A stretch of DNA of 63,068 nt, filler included, from Octopus bimaculoides (Eukaryota), in assembly GCF_001194135.2 (NCBI RefSeq). It is 6 parts of 6 records of this genome, joined end to end, with 100 filler letters (N's around TTAATTAATTAA, not from the genome) between each part and the next. Parts side by side here need not be neighbours in the genome. Positions count along the whole stretch, not along the records: positions 1 to 22,872 come from NC_068990.1; 5 more parts are not named here. One strand, given 5' to 3'. Shown here piece after piece: positions 1 through 13,466 of this stretch. The position numbers were made by a program, and so were the translations under genes. Position 1 is the first letter of the stretch; every line of letters starts with the position of its first letter. The notes under the pieces were generated by a model, which saw nothing but the letters and a program-made list of their open reading frames with translations, had not been told where the DNA came from and did no database searches.

Positions 1-187
1 ATATATATATATATATACAATCATACATACATACATACATATATATATATACATATATATATGAATATGTGTATATATATTCATATGCATATACATATAT
101 ATATATGTATGTATACACACATACACTCATAAGCATGAGTATCTATCCATAAAAATCTCTTTTCCCCTGTTTTTCTTTTTCTTTCTT

Positions 188-242
<55 letters not shown>

Positions 243-535
243 TTCTGTATACATATGTATAGTCACATTTAGAATTATAAAATTAAACTTTAGAAAGTAT
301 GCGTTAAATGCAATATCCACACCTGATTTCAGGGTAAGTTCCAGGCCGTGTACCTGCAGAACACCATTTATGGTTATCAGGCGTCATCAGCGAAACTGTT
401 CGTTCGTCATTGGATCTATTCCGGAATTCCTAGGTGCATGTGAGGTATATTCTAAGACATTAATATGCATGTATGCGTGCATGTGTGCAAGGATGAATGC
501 ATGTATGCATGATTATGCCTGTCTGTATGTATACA

Positions 536-583
<48 letters not shown>

Positions 584-588
584 TAGAT

Positions 589-637
<49 letters not shown>

Positions 638-711
638 TAAATATACATGATAATTATAAGATTAAGTTCATAAGCGGTCTCCATGTATTGGATAAGGACA
701 ATAGTCTAATA

Positions 712-945
712 CTTATTTCTTCATTGCCCACAAGGTGCTAAACATAGAGTGGACAAACAAGGACAGACAGAAGGGTTAAGATGATTACATCGGCCCCAGT
801 GCGTAACTGGTACTTATCTAATCGACTCCAAAAAGATGAAAGGCAAAGTCGACCTAGACAGAATTTGAACACAGAACATAACGGCAGAAGAAATCCCGCT
901 AAGCATTTTGGCCGGCGTGCTAACGATTCTGTCAGCCCACCGCCT
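712..945 (-). mobile_element. tRNA-derived SINE, family A, near full length
   Basis: Reverse complement of the head ggcgg..tggcagaatcgttagcacgccgg..gttcaaatt, followed by the body and tail shared with the copies at 1317 and 61996. Confidence 0.85.
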
Positions 946-1316
946 AAGGCTTATAAGCCCTCGCGTATAAGCCCATGCGCACTGACACCCACGTTTTTTG
1001 CGTTGGATGCTTATGCGAACCAATATTAGACAATTTTCGTTAGCCACTACACGGTGACCACTTATAAACTAAAAGCATTTAGTTACTGTTATTATTTCGA
1101 TGATGCTTGAGCTCAAATCTCTACGTGTCAGAACAAAGAAACGTCTTATCTGACGCTCTAGTTTCGCCGGTATTCTGGTATTTCGCCTAATGCATGCATG
1201 TATGTATGTATGTATGTATGTATGCATCTCTGTTTGTCTGTTTGTCTGTATGTTTAAATACATATATATGTGCGTATTTTAAACATGCTGTACGCGCATG
1301 TATATGTATGAGTAAA

Positions 1317-1542
1317 TTTCTTTATTGCTCACAGGGGACTAAACACAGAGCAAACAAGTACAGACAAAGGGATTAAGTCGACTACATCTACCCCAGTGCA
1401 TAACTTGTACTTATTTAATCGACCCCGAAATGATGAAAGGCAAAGTCGACCCCGGCGGAATTTGAACTCAGAACGTAACGGCAGACGAAATACCGGAAAG
1501 CATTTCGCCCGACATTCTAACGATTCTGCCAGCTCACCGCCT
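1317..1542 (-). mobile_element. tRNA-derived SINE, family A
   Basis: Aligns end to end with the 712-945 and 61996-62230 copies. Confidence 0.85.
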
Positions 1543-1642
1543 TATATGTGTATATTGACCCATAAATAATATAAGCATTTATATTATTTTTTATATTTTA
1601 TATACATATAAGTATATATTTATATGTATTTCTAATATATAT

Positions 1643-1718
<76 letters not shown>

Positions 1719-1922
1719 ATGTGTGTGTGTGTATATATATATATAAATGTATATGTATTTGTATAATATATGTATGTATGGATATATATATATATATATT
1801 ATATATATGGATACACACATACACATGAGTACGCACACAAGCACGTGTAGACACATAAATGCATACGTATATACATACGTTCATCCATCTCTCTATACAT
1901 CATCCACATACACTTACATACA

Positions 1923-1966
<44 letters not shown>

Positions 1967-4270
1967 CATATATATATATATGTATAGATGCATGTATATA
2001 TGTATGTATATATTTCTTTGCAAGAGTAATGTAACTGTGACGACTATGAGGATGAAGTTCATTGATTTTTTTTTTACAAATCATGGATGTACGAAACAAA
2101 AAAATATCATTACAAACATAGGAAGGGAAACTTATATTTAGTTTGGAGTTTATTACTATTTGTACAATATATATTTCTATATGTGTGTATGTATGTGTGT
2201 GTGTGTGTGTGTTTGTGTGCGCGCGTACGCATGTGTCTGCCTGCGTGCCTGTATGTACGTGTGTGTTTCATGTTGATGTTTGGCTATCAATGTCTGTGTG
2301 CTTCCTAGTATTAGTGTCATTCATTGTTTACCCAATTTTTTTCAGATCTTCTTTACTTAAGCAATGATTTTCATATCTAGTTTGTCACAGTAACTCTCCT
2401 CACATACACCACGTCCTGTTTTGTTACTATTTCTCTAGGGCTTTATAAACACATTTTTATTGTTAGCAACCAATCTCTCTGTAGCAACACTTGAAATATA
2501 ACACCAGTGTTTTAAATGATGTTTGTAGATATTAAGTTTATTTCTTATATTAATCATTACGCATGATTATCAATAATATTTCAATTTTCTCTTTAGGTGA
2601 AATTGTTTAATTTTAACATATTACATACTATTAGAGAAGAAACGTGTCCTGTAAATGAGATAATGTAATCCAATAAGTCTGTGTTCTTTTTTTAGTTTCA
2701 ACTAGGATTTAACTTGCTGTATTTTATGTCAAATCAAAGATTGGTTTCAAGTTTTGGCACAAAGCCAGCGATTTCTGGGAGGGTTCAACTCGATTGATTC
2801 GAACCCAGTGCCCATTTAATACTTATTTTATCGACTCCCAAAGGATGAAATGTAAAGTAGACTTCGGCGGAATTTGAACTCAAAACGTAAAGACAGACGT
2901 GTCAAATGAAATATTGTCATGTCTTTCACTGAAAACCGCTACGTTTAGACATAAACACATATACATATTATTTTATGCTGGCTCATATGGTCGGCTTCAG
3001 AGATTCTGTGACGTGTATTTTCCTCTAACCTGGATAGAATGTCAGTCAGTCGAAGGGTTACTCATTTTTGCCATTTGTGTGGATTGGAGCATCATGAAAT
3101 TAAATGTTTTCTTCAAGAACACACCGCCTACCCGGTTCAGGAATTGAAATTACAATATTGCGATAATGAGTGCAATATCCTAATCACTAAGTCACACATT
3201 TACACACACTTACACACATACACACACGCACACTGATATGGCGTTCTTCCTTCAGATTCTGTCTACCAAATCCACTCACAAGGCTTTGGTCAACCCGCAG
3301 CTATAGAAGAAAGCAGTTGCCCAAGAAAGGAAGTCGATTACATCGACTGCATTACTTATATTATTACTTATTTTATCACCCCCGGATGGGGTAAAAGACA
3401 AAGAAGTTGACCTTGGTGGAATTTGAACTCAGATGAAACGATAAACGAAACTCACCGACCCCATTGTTTCACTGGTACTTAATTCATCGGCCACAAAAGG
3501 ATGAAAAGCAAAGTCGACCTCGGCGGAATTTGTAAAGACGGATACAATGCTGTTACTCATATTACTCAGTCTACTAAAAACAGTATAGCTTAACTCTGAG
3601 TATTCTCAAAATATAGGTGCTTTCACATGGACGTTTGACTTTTCTTGATGTGGCAGCAAGAGTACTCAATTCACTTTGATTAGGAGACGTTAAATAATTT
3701 GGTTCTGGTTTTTCTGTGCTTAGGAAAAAGACGAGAGAGTCATACCTGGAATAGGTGTGATCATAGGCCTGATCAACATAGCTGAACTCGTGTTAAACAA
3801 CAACAACAACAACGACGACGACGACGACAACAACAACACTATAACTACCATCACTGAAATGAAATTCACCGTTCCACCGCTATTATCCAACGTTGGCTGC
3901 GAGCATCAATTTCACAAAATTCTCATCACCACTACTAATACAACCACCGCCAACACCCCTAAGATCCCAATCGCTCCTACCCCCCCCCCACCAACAGCAT
4001 TAAACCAAGCTCCCCAAAACTCATAGACACACCATCAATACTATGTGAATCCACCGCCCCAAACACAACACATATCTCTTGAGGTTGATACCAATGGTCA
4101 AAGCAGAAATTGTAAGATGATTTAATTAATGAGATGGACACTGTCCAAGTGTGCTAAGGATGAAAAAAACTCAAATTGGGATAAGGATCAGTTACTATGG
4201 TAACGGCAGGTTCAGATTCTGATCACGAGATATACAAACTATGTAGAAAATTAATGACAATAAATGTTAC

Positions 4271-4341
<71 letters not shown>

Positions 4342-4396
4342 AAATATACATCAAAGTATCAAATATATATATCTACCTAACAATCCTCTATCTATC

Positions 4397-4436
<40 letters not shown>

Positions 4437-4472
4437 TCTCTGTATATATATATACATATATATATATATTTA

Positions 4473-5138
4473 CAAGGTGTTTCAAAAAATTTGATATCAC
4501 TTTGTATTCTAATAGCTTTGTCAGTTCTTCTTCAAATGACTGCAAATTTGAACAACCTGTGTAGAAACATGTCCAAACCTCGTGTTTAATGTTTGATATG
4601 TTTATCTTTTCAGGTATAGAAATGGCATTCACTGAAAGAGAAAATGCGTTTTGTGTGCTGGAGCATGCTCGTATACAATCGAACAAGATTGTGCAGCGTG
4701 CATTTGTGAGAGAGTTCTCTAAAAAGTCACCATCAGCAATGTAGATTTGGACATGGCACAAAAAATTGAAAGTGGAAGGCAAAAGGATCTGGACAACCCC
4801 TAACATCGGAAGAGATGGTCTAGCGGGTTCGCCAAAAATTTTTACGAGCCCAAAGAAATCCATAAGGAGAACAAGTTCGGAAACCCAGATTCCTCCAACA
4901 ACAGTTTGATGCGCCCTGAGAAAACGCTTGCTAATTAAACCCTACAAGCTCCAGCTCGTTCATGTCATACCGGCAGATGACAAGTGAAAGCGCAGACATG
5001 AGGCTATGTAAAGGGCCTGGTCTATGCCCCCGCTCTTCTTGCCAACCTAGAGGAGCTCGAGCAGAGAATCACTACCGCGCTGGAGACTGTTACACAAGCC
5101 ATGTTGCAGTGTGTTTGGGAGGAGCTGGACTACCGACT
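4473..5138 (+). mobile_element. Internally deleted Tc1/mariner-superfamily element with DUF4817-type HTH transposase N-terminus
   Basis: TA then CAAGGTGTTTCAAAAAA terminus at 4471-4490. ATG at 4622 gives MAFTERENAFCVLEHARIQSNKIVQRAFVREFSKKSPSAM*IWTWHKK, then RKRLLIKPYKLQLV, then jumps to the C-terminal GYVKGLVY..LEELEQRITTALETVTQAMLQCVWEELDYR. The catalytic core is missing; stops and frameshifts are present. Confidence 0.85.
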
Positions 5139-5480
5139 GTTAATAAAAAATAATTATTTTTACATAATGCGAATTGCATAATGAAAAGTTATCAAATCGT
5201 CAGATACATCTGCCGTTTATGTATAACATTATGCGACTGAAAAAATGACATAGTTCACCATACGAATGAGTGGACAAACAAAGGAAAGTGACACTCAACA
5301 CGTTTTGTAGGAGTTATACGTATCATCTAAAGGCAGTTGAACTTACTTCCCTGTTATTTAAAGTTTTGTAGAAGCCATCCTGAATTTGTCGCATTCCCTG
5401 GCACTTGGTCTCCAAACACTTAATGAGTTAGATTCCTTCTACTAGCCTAAGTAGTCTGTTACCAAATAATAGATATATAT

Positions 5481-5644
5481 NNNNNNNNNNNNNNNNNNNN
5501 NNNNNNNNNNNNNNNNNNNNNNNNNNNNNNNNNNNNNNNNNNNNNNNNNNNNNNNNNNNNNNNNNNNNNNNNNNNNNNNNNNNNNNNNNNNNNNNNNNNN
5601 NNNNNNNNNNNNNNNNNNNNNNNNNNNNNNNNNNNNNNNNNNNN
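5481..5644. other. Sized N-gap (others: 11419-11636, 12454-13031, 15276-15395, 23865-24721, 30537-31208, 40949-41497, 48680-49305, 52894-53166)
   Basis: N runs, nearly all flanked by (AT)n, (AG)n or (AAT)n arrays where assembly broke. Confidence 0.98.
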
Positions 5645-5685
<41 letters not shown>

Positions 5686-8600
5686 TAATCTAGTTAATGT
5701 CTTTAACGTTATTTAGAAAAGATAAAAGCAATGAAAGCGAGGTATTTTTGCAAGTAATCTTAGCATAGCATTCAGCTGATACAAATATAACCAAGATCTA
5801 CTTTATATGCTGGTTTTAAGTCGTTTTCATATTCTCCAAATGTGTGGCTCGTGTAATTTTTGTCTTATTGTTCCTCTTTCGTAAATATGCAATCACAGCA
5901 TTTACCAGTCTCACCGTAAAATATGGTAACTAAAGCTATGATAAGGTAGAATAAAGTGTGTGTTCCACTAAAACACAGACGCCATCGGATTATGAGCTTT
6001 CCACGCTGGCCTTTCAGCTCTATTTGTTTATACAGAATTCAAAGGGAGAGACAATACAATATCTTCAGAGTGTAATTATTAGGTATTAATAAATGGCAGG
6101 GACAGGCCAGTTGTACGTGGAGTACAAAGTGGAGATGGGAAAACTTAGAACAGATACATGAAAGATAGGTAAGTACAGATGCGAAACATTTCATTAAGAA
6201 ATATACGCAGAAGGTATGTTGAAGTTATACAGCAGAAACAAAGGGAACATAGAGCCGATTGATACAATATATAAAGCAGATGGATACCAAGGTATATCAG
6301 ATTGATGGGTATATAATGCAAGTTGATCTATTGTATAGCCGCATGTCAGGTCTGATCAAATAAACCTATGATCAAAGACGTTCCAGTTGTGACCAATGCA
6401 TCTCTGTTACATCTAGGATTATATTGTCTGCTTTGTCTTTCCTTTTTAAGAGGGCTGGGAGAGGTTAATGGAGGCTTGGTTTTATTTCTAGCAGGTAAAA
6501 CAATTACGAAGAGGCTTCCATGTTAGCTCGCTGCAAAAGAGGTAGAAACGAATAAAGGAATGACGATAAATAAGATTTAAAGTTGTTTCAAGTCAGACGA
6601 GAGAAGCGTCTACGTTTCAGGCCCATCAATCATTACTTCTATCGGAGTAGTATCAGCAGATGTACTAGTAAACAAATATATTCCATAAATGAACATTTGT
6701 GAATGACATACATTATGGCAGCATATATTTTTCGGCTGGTATTTCCATTTCAGATTCATTTCTTGAAATACAAATGAAATCTGCAAATAGCAAACATGGT
6801 GCCAGTAGATGTTACGAAAAATCACATGCTACATATCGTTCGATCGAGCATGAGTCATAATGCAGTTTCCAATTTTTAAATAACACGTTAACCATTTGAA
6901 ATGTAAATAATCTAAGACAAAAATTAATTTAAGTCAGTTTTCATTTACTAAAGGGTAAACTGACATCTAAATGCAGAAATGAAGACATAACAAGATCATG
7001 TACATTAGATGTTGCAAACCATAAATGCTGAATCTCTGAGATTCAATAGCAATTTCTATTTTTAACATATTGCAGCATTAATTACAAGAAATTATTACAT
7101 CCTTCTGGAAGAAAATGATAAAAATACGTCCGAAAAATATATATTTCTCAGTGCAAATGTATTAATTGAGTGTGTCAATACTTAATTTTACTCATACTAC
7201 TTAAGTGTAATTATAATATCTAAGTGTAACCATGTCTTGCAATGGAAATAGAACGACTCAGCATAGAATTCGCAGATTATTGAATATTTCATAGCATTTT
7301 CATTAAGTCAAAGAAATTTTCAAAAACAATGTTACTTATATTTGAAGGATTCTCGTTATTATCTAATCTCACTCTATCTTCTTACGGTGCTAATTTTCTT
7401 ATCACTTCGAATGTGAGGATAATAGTGTTTTTATTTCATTGTTCGGATTGTCGCTGTATTACTTATGAAGCACCTTGACAAAACCTTACTGGTCAAGGAG
7501 AGATGACCCTTCACCCTGTTCATCAGAGCGAATCACTTTGTCTCAACTTATTCACAGAGGTGTCTATTCCTTCTCATCCAAAAATTTATTTTCAGATTGA
7601 CTGGCGTAGTGAAATTAACTGAGGACATCAATATCATAACGTTATAACGTTAGATCGTCAACTTTGGAATACACACATCTAATTCTGAGATAAAATCGTT
7701 GAAACTGCTTTTATCAAAGAGCCCTCTCGGAGATTATCATACGACGATGTCAATGACTGTGTTTTTTTTTGTTTTCTTTTAATACAGAAGGTATGAATAT
7801 AATTCTTGTAAAAACAATAGTAGAGCGCACTGTTTTTTTCTGAGGAATTAGAAACCTCTAAAATGTCTATTTTACTTAGACTTGAAACGAATAATGTTGC
7901 ATATTTAATTCAAATATGTCGTAGAAAATTCCTGTACATACAAAGTTAACAAAGTGCGGCTTTACAAAGTTTTGAATTCTGATACAAATTGAACCAAATT
8001 TAAGTGATCCGATTTGTTTGAGAATTCAACCATTCTTGAGTAGCTCTTTCGTCGGGGCCAACTAAACGGTTTGATAAGCAGAATCATAGCCTAATAATCT
8101 CTTGTAGTTTTTCTATAAGCTTGAATTTTCTTTTTCAATAGTCTAGTGCAGACGTGATTCCCTTTATGAACGAATCACGTATGATACACCACTGTATCAA
8201 CATTTTAAATCAACATTCTCGATAAAAGTGTAGTGTTTTAGATATGAATGACGAACTTGTACCGCGTGGCGCTATGACTCCAATAATCGACTGAATAGAA
8301 TCATATTTTAAAACAATTTTCAAGTGTCATCGTGCACTGAAAATAATTCCCCAAATTTCTGGTAAATGGACTTTAGCTTATATGGGCGGAATCTAACAAA
8401 GCTTAAGAGTGTAAGAGAAACCAGCAACTGTTGATACGAGACTGGATACTTTTAGTTGTTGCCAACTTTATCTTCACGAAAGCGTTTTTAGTAATATTCA
8501 TTGAAGTGGGAATTACCCATGATGAAAGTATATCTAAATGAAATTTTAATTTAATATATCTAGTGACTTTTGACGGAATTATAGACATTCTAGTTAAGAA

Positions 8601-9774
8601 AGGTATATATTTTATCAACAATTGCAGGAAATATAGCAGCATCTGGTCGATATTTACCCATTACCTTAAGTGTTATAATATAGATATATCATTATTCATA
8701 TAATATTATCAAACCAATTACATTTTACCTTCTTATCTCTATCATATTGTTTAAAGGTTTATCGAAATTACAATAAACGATATGTCACTATGTCCAGTGA
8801 CAACAAATCCTAAACCTCGAGTGCTCACATTGTCTCAAAATTGTGCTGTCAAAATTGTCGCAAAATATTGGTATGCCATATGGGGTACTGTGTTGCATAA
8901 AGTGATCGCTTGCGACCTTTCATGTCAATGTAGTTCAGGCAATAAATAGCCTCCTGACATCTTTAGATAATTTCGACATGTACGAAAACATCTGTATCTT
9001 GTACAAATTCATCAATTAAAGGCTATGACAAATGTGAAAGCATGTAAGCTTCAGACTTGCAAATTCACACGCGCACACGCGCACATTATGAAAGGGGATA
9101 ATTGGTTAGTAGTGCATAATTTAAATATTGCACTTTGCATTTTTATGACTCATTTCAGAATACTATACAGCTGTCATATATCACTGGAAGTTGACCTTAC
9201 TTTTCATTGTAGTTGGTTGATTGAGAAATTGTTCTACCCTTCGAACCTAACAACTGTAGCTACGTGACAGTTCTGTTCTCGTAGTCTGTCAGTGGTTTTG
9301 TTTCGATCCATCTCAGTTTGCTGTTGTTGGTAGTGATGGCGGTGCCTTTCTTGTTGAGAACAACGTTGATGAAAAGTATTTCATCGTTAACCATTCTCTA
9401 GTTTTTGAGATATTCATCGTCCTATTAACTTATACATTTGGCTCTTTTCTAATACGGAAGATTGTATTTTCAGGAAGAGATGTCAGCTACCAGGTGGAAC
9501 GACTGTACAGAGGCCCAACAAATCACTTATGTATGTGTCTGTGTGTATGAATGTATGTACGCATTCATGTATCTGCGTGCATATGTGCATACAAATGCGT
9601 TGTATGTATGTATGTATGTATGTATGTATGCATGTATGCATGTATGTATGTATGTATATTCCTGAGTGCGATATCTGATATATATGCCTTCATAGGAAGG
9701 AATATATATATATATATATCAGATATCGCACAACAGGAAAAATCTTTAACATCGGAAGACTGTCAGCTAAGTTA

Positions 9775-10460
9775 ACATATCCCAGCCGAGCTGCAGTAAT
9801 ATTTTCTGGTTCCCAAAGAAACGTGCGGTCTTGCATTATCATGTTGGAAAAAACACCTTTCCTGTTGGCCAATTCTGGACGTTTCCCTTGAATTGCTGCT
9901 TTTAACTCGCCCAGTTGTGTGCAGTATTTCTCAGAATTAATTGTCTGGTTACTTGGGAGAAGCTCATAGTACAGACATCCTTTCCAATCCCACCAGACAC
10001 AAAACAAGACTTTTTTAGGGTGAAGATCCGTTTTTTGGATGACTAAGGGTAGCTCATGTCGCTTACCCCAGGATCGCTTTCTCTGAACATTTCGGTAGAT
10101 AATCCATTTCTCATCACCTGTTACAATTTGCTTTAGACAAAGGCGTTTTCATTCCGTTTATAAAGCGAATCACAGATGGAAATGCGATCCAAAAGGTTCT
10201 TCTCACTCAACTCATGTGGTACCCAAACATCGTAGCGATTTGTATATCCAAGCTTTATCAGGTGCTCATGAACGACGGATTTTGATAGGTTGAGGCTTTC
10301 TGTCAATTCTCGGGTTGTGCAATGTGGGTTATTCTCAATTATTGATTTGATTTGGTCATCATCTGTAGTGGATGGTCTGCCTGATCGCTCTTTATCAATA
10401 AGGCTACAATCTCCAGCTCAGAACCTTGCGAACCACTTCCGTATAGTTCTTTCCGTACAG
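9775..10460 (-). mobile_element. Decayed mariner (DD34D, Mos1-like) transposase fragment
   Basis: Minus-strand translations include TIRKWFARF, ERSGRPSTTDDDQIKSIIENNPHCTTREL, YDVWVPHELSEKNLLDRISIC (WVPHEL motif near 10208-10225) and CVWWDWKGCLYYELLPSNQTINSEKYCTQLGELKAAIQGKRPELANRKGV. Frameshifted and 3'-truncated. Confidence 0.92.
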
Positions 10461-10991
10461 CATATTATTCTAATATGCTTCAAGAACAAATACTTTCTCT
10501 TTGCAAAACAAAATCCTAGTGGTAATTATTCGTGACTCTCTAAGAAAAAGGGAAATAGTTTTAGTGAAAGTGGCATGCATGTAAGGTAAAAGAGAAATGA
10601 GTCTGCAGATTGTTGGACATGTAAAGGCAAAATGCATGACAGGCAGAGTTGAAATATTTTCAGAGAGAACATTGAAAATATCAATTGGTGTACATAGGAA
10701 ATATGTATTTATATTTGTATGCGTAAAGTAATTCAACTAATATTGGTATGTTATTCAAATTATGATAATATATGTTGGAGATAAAGTGCCTCGTGATGAC
10801 AATAGAAATTTACTGAAGTAGAGAATGATCGATGTTAGAAATTTTAGAAATAGTCGGATAATATAAGAAAAGTGAAAGGTGCTGAGGAGAGGAAAAGGGT
10901 GTTGGTATGCCGCAAACAGACTCGACCAACAAATGCTTGAATGGGAAAATACATGCTAAATCGATATGGCAGCGAGGATGACGATGATGAC

Positions 10992-11026
<35 letters not shown>

Positions 11027-11370
11027 CGACGACGATGATCGTGATAATGACGGTAGTGGTATTGGCAGCGGTGAGTGGTAGTGGTCGTCCTTGTCTACCG
11101 GCGAATGGTGAAGCGGAGGTTAAGTACATCTAAACACACACAATTAAAACATCAAACACTAAAACTACATATATTCAACAAAATTTCATCTACTGAAGTT
11201 CTACGCATCCAGTTATTCTCTGAACCTTACCTACATTTACATATATACATTCGAACGAACGTACACACATATACAAATATATGTCGCTGCTGCTGCTGCT
11301 ACTGCTGCATCTACTCATTATTATTATTATTATTATTATTAATATTATTGTCTGCATATACATATATATA

Positions 11371-11418
<48 letters not shown>

Positions 11419-13031
11419 NNNNNNNNNNNNNNNNNNNNNNNNNNNNNNNNNNNNNNNNNNNNNNNNNNNNNNNNNNNNNNNNNNNNNNNNNNNNNNNNNN
11501 NNNNNNNNNNNNNNNNNNNNNNNNNNNNNNNNNNNNNNNNNNNNNNNNNNNNNNNNNNNNNNNNNNNNNNNNNNNNNNNNNNNNNNNNNNNNNNNNNNNN
11601 NNNNNNNNNNNNNNNNNNNNNNNNNNNNNNNNNNNNCATATGTATGTGCGTGTATGTGTGAGTGTGTGTTTAGAAACGTAATGTATAAATATAATGTCAT
11701 ACAGGGAAGTAAAGTTATACAAAAAAGTGCTTATATATGTGCGTGTGTGTGTGTATGTCAGTGTATGTATGTACGTATGTATATATACATATATACATAC
11801 ATATATATATATACATAAAAAACACAAACACAAACACACACACGTACACACACACACATATGTATATACTCACAAACGCATAGATTTCGCTAGGTAGAGA
11901 GCTAACAATATTACACCTCTTGGTCTGATTAGTTTTGCGCATCGAATCTCTGTACAATTCAGCTTTCATCTTCACACGAGTGGCGTGGACAGTTTTCCTG
12001 ATCCATCAGAAGTCTTCTTTGAAGCAGAGTCTCAGAGGAACTTTGCAAAACAATCTTTTGAAACGTTTGCTGAGTCTTCCTTCCATCCACATCATCGTGT
12101 ATCTACATTTCTATTGTTCAATGACGAACACAAAACAGATAAATATATGAATATATACGAGGGAGAGAAAACTCTCAACAAAAATAGACATATATAAATT
12201 TTGTTTGTATATAAACAAATAAAGACATATTATGTACTGTATGCGTGTGAGTCTATTACTGTGTATGTGTTTGAGTGTGTATGAATATATGTAAGTATTA
12301 ATAATATCTTTCTATGTACGTATGTATGTATCTATCTCTGCATGCACAGAACCATTTCTATATGTATATGTATGTGTATGTGAGACTAAGCCTGTGTATG
12401 TGTTTGTGCGCATGTACGTGTTTGTGAAAGTATATATATATATATATATATATNNNNNNNNNNNNNNNNNNNNNNNNNNNNNNNNNNNNNNNNNNNNNNN
12501 NNNNNNNNNNNNNNNNNNNNNNNNNNNNNNNNNNNNNNNNNNNNNNNNNNNNNNNNNNNNNNNNNNNNNNNNNNNNNNNNNNNNNNNNNNNNNNNNNNNN
12601 NNNNNNNNNNNNNNNNNNNNNNNNNNNNNNNNNNNNNNNNNNNNNNNNNNNNNNNNNNNNNNNNNNNNNNNNNNNNNNNNNNNNNNNNNNNNNNNNNNNN
12701 NNNNNNNNNNNNNNNNNNNNNNNNNNNNNNNNNNNNNNNNNNNNNNNNNNNNNNNNNNNNNNNNNNNNNNNNNNNNNNNNNNNNNNNNNNNNNNNNNNNN
12801 NNNNNNNNNNNNNNNNNNNNNNNNNNNNNNNNNNNNNNNNNNNNNNNNNNNNNNNNNNNNNNNNNNNNNNNNNNNNNNNNNNNNNNNNNNNNNNNNNNNN
12901 NNNNNNNNNNNNNNNNNNNNNNNNNNNNNNNNNNNNNNNNNNNNNNNNNNNNNNNNNNNNNNNNNNNNNNNNNNNNNNNNNNNNNNNNNNNNNNNNNNNN
13001 NNNNNNNNNNNNNNNNNNNNNNNNNNNNNNN

Positions 13032-13068
<37 letters not shown>

Positions 13069-13421
13069 GTTAAACGCCATATCTACGCTCACACCTATAA
13101 TTTCCCTGTTAAAAATCTAACTTACCAAATCGAAATCACATTCTAAGCATTTTCTCCCGAACAGGTTATGTCCTATCAACCACACAATATCACTTTTATA
13201 TATGTGTGTATGTGTGGGTGCGTGTGTGTGTGTGTGTGTGTGTACGTACGTATGCACGTGCGTTAGTATGCATGTATGTATCAATATATATGTAAAATTG
13301 AGGATGTGTGTGTGTATACGTACGAACGCACGTACGTAAGTATGCACGTGTGTATCTATATATATAAATCTGAGGATGCGTTTGAGTTTCTGTGCGTGTG
13401 TGTGTGTGTGAGTGTGTGTGC

Positions 13422-13466
<45 letters not shown>

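Noticed and set aside
310-470. LINE RT fragment (SFADDA on the minus strand)
   Set aside because: Only a short motif in broken frames; too little to classify.
3742-3790. Minus-strand mini-exon YVDQAYDHTYS with gtatga donor
   Set aside because: It resembles the repeat-derived sequence at about 6345-6390 (ctgatcaa..cctatgatca..ttccag) and abuts a trinucleotide tract.
6605-6635. Hammerhead-like TTGATGG gcct GAAACGTA on the minus strand
   Set aside because: Two core positions are mutated and there is no helix I.
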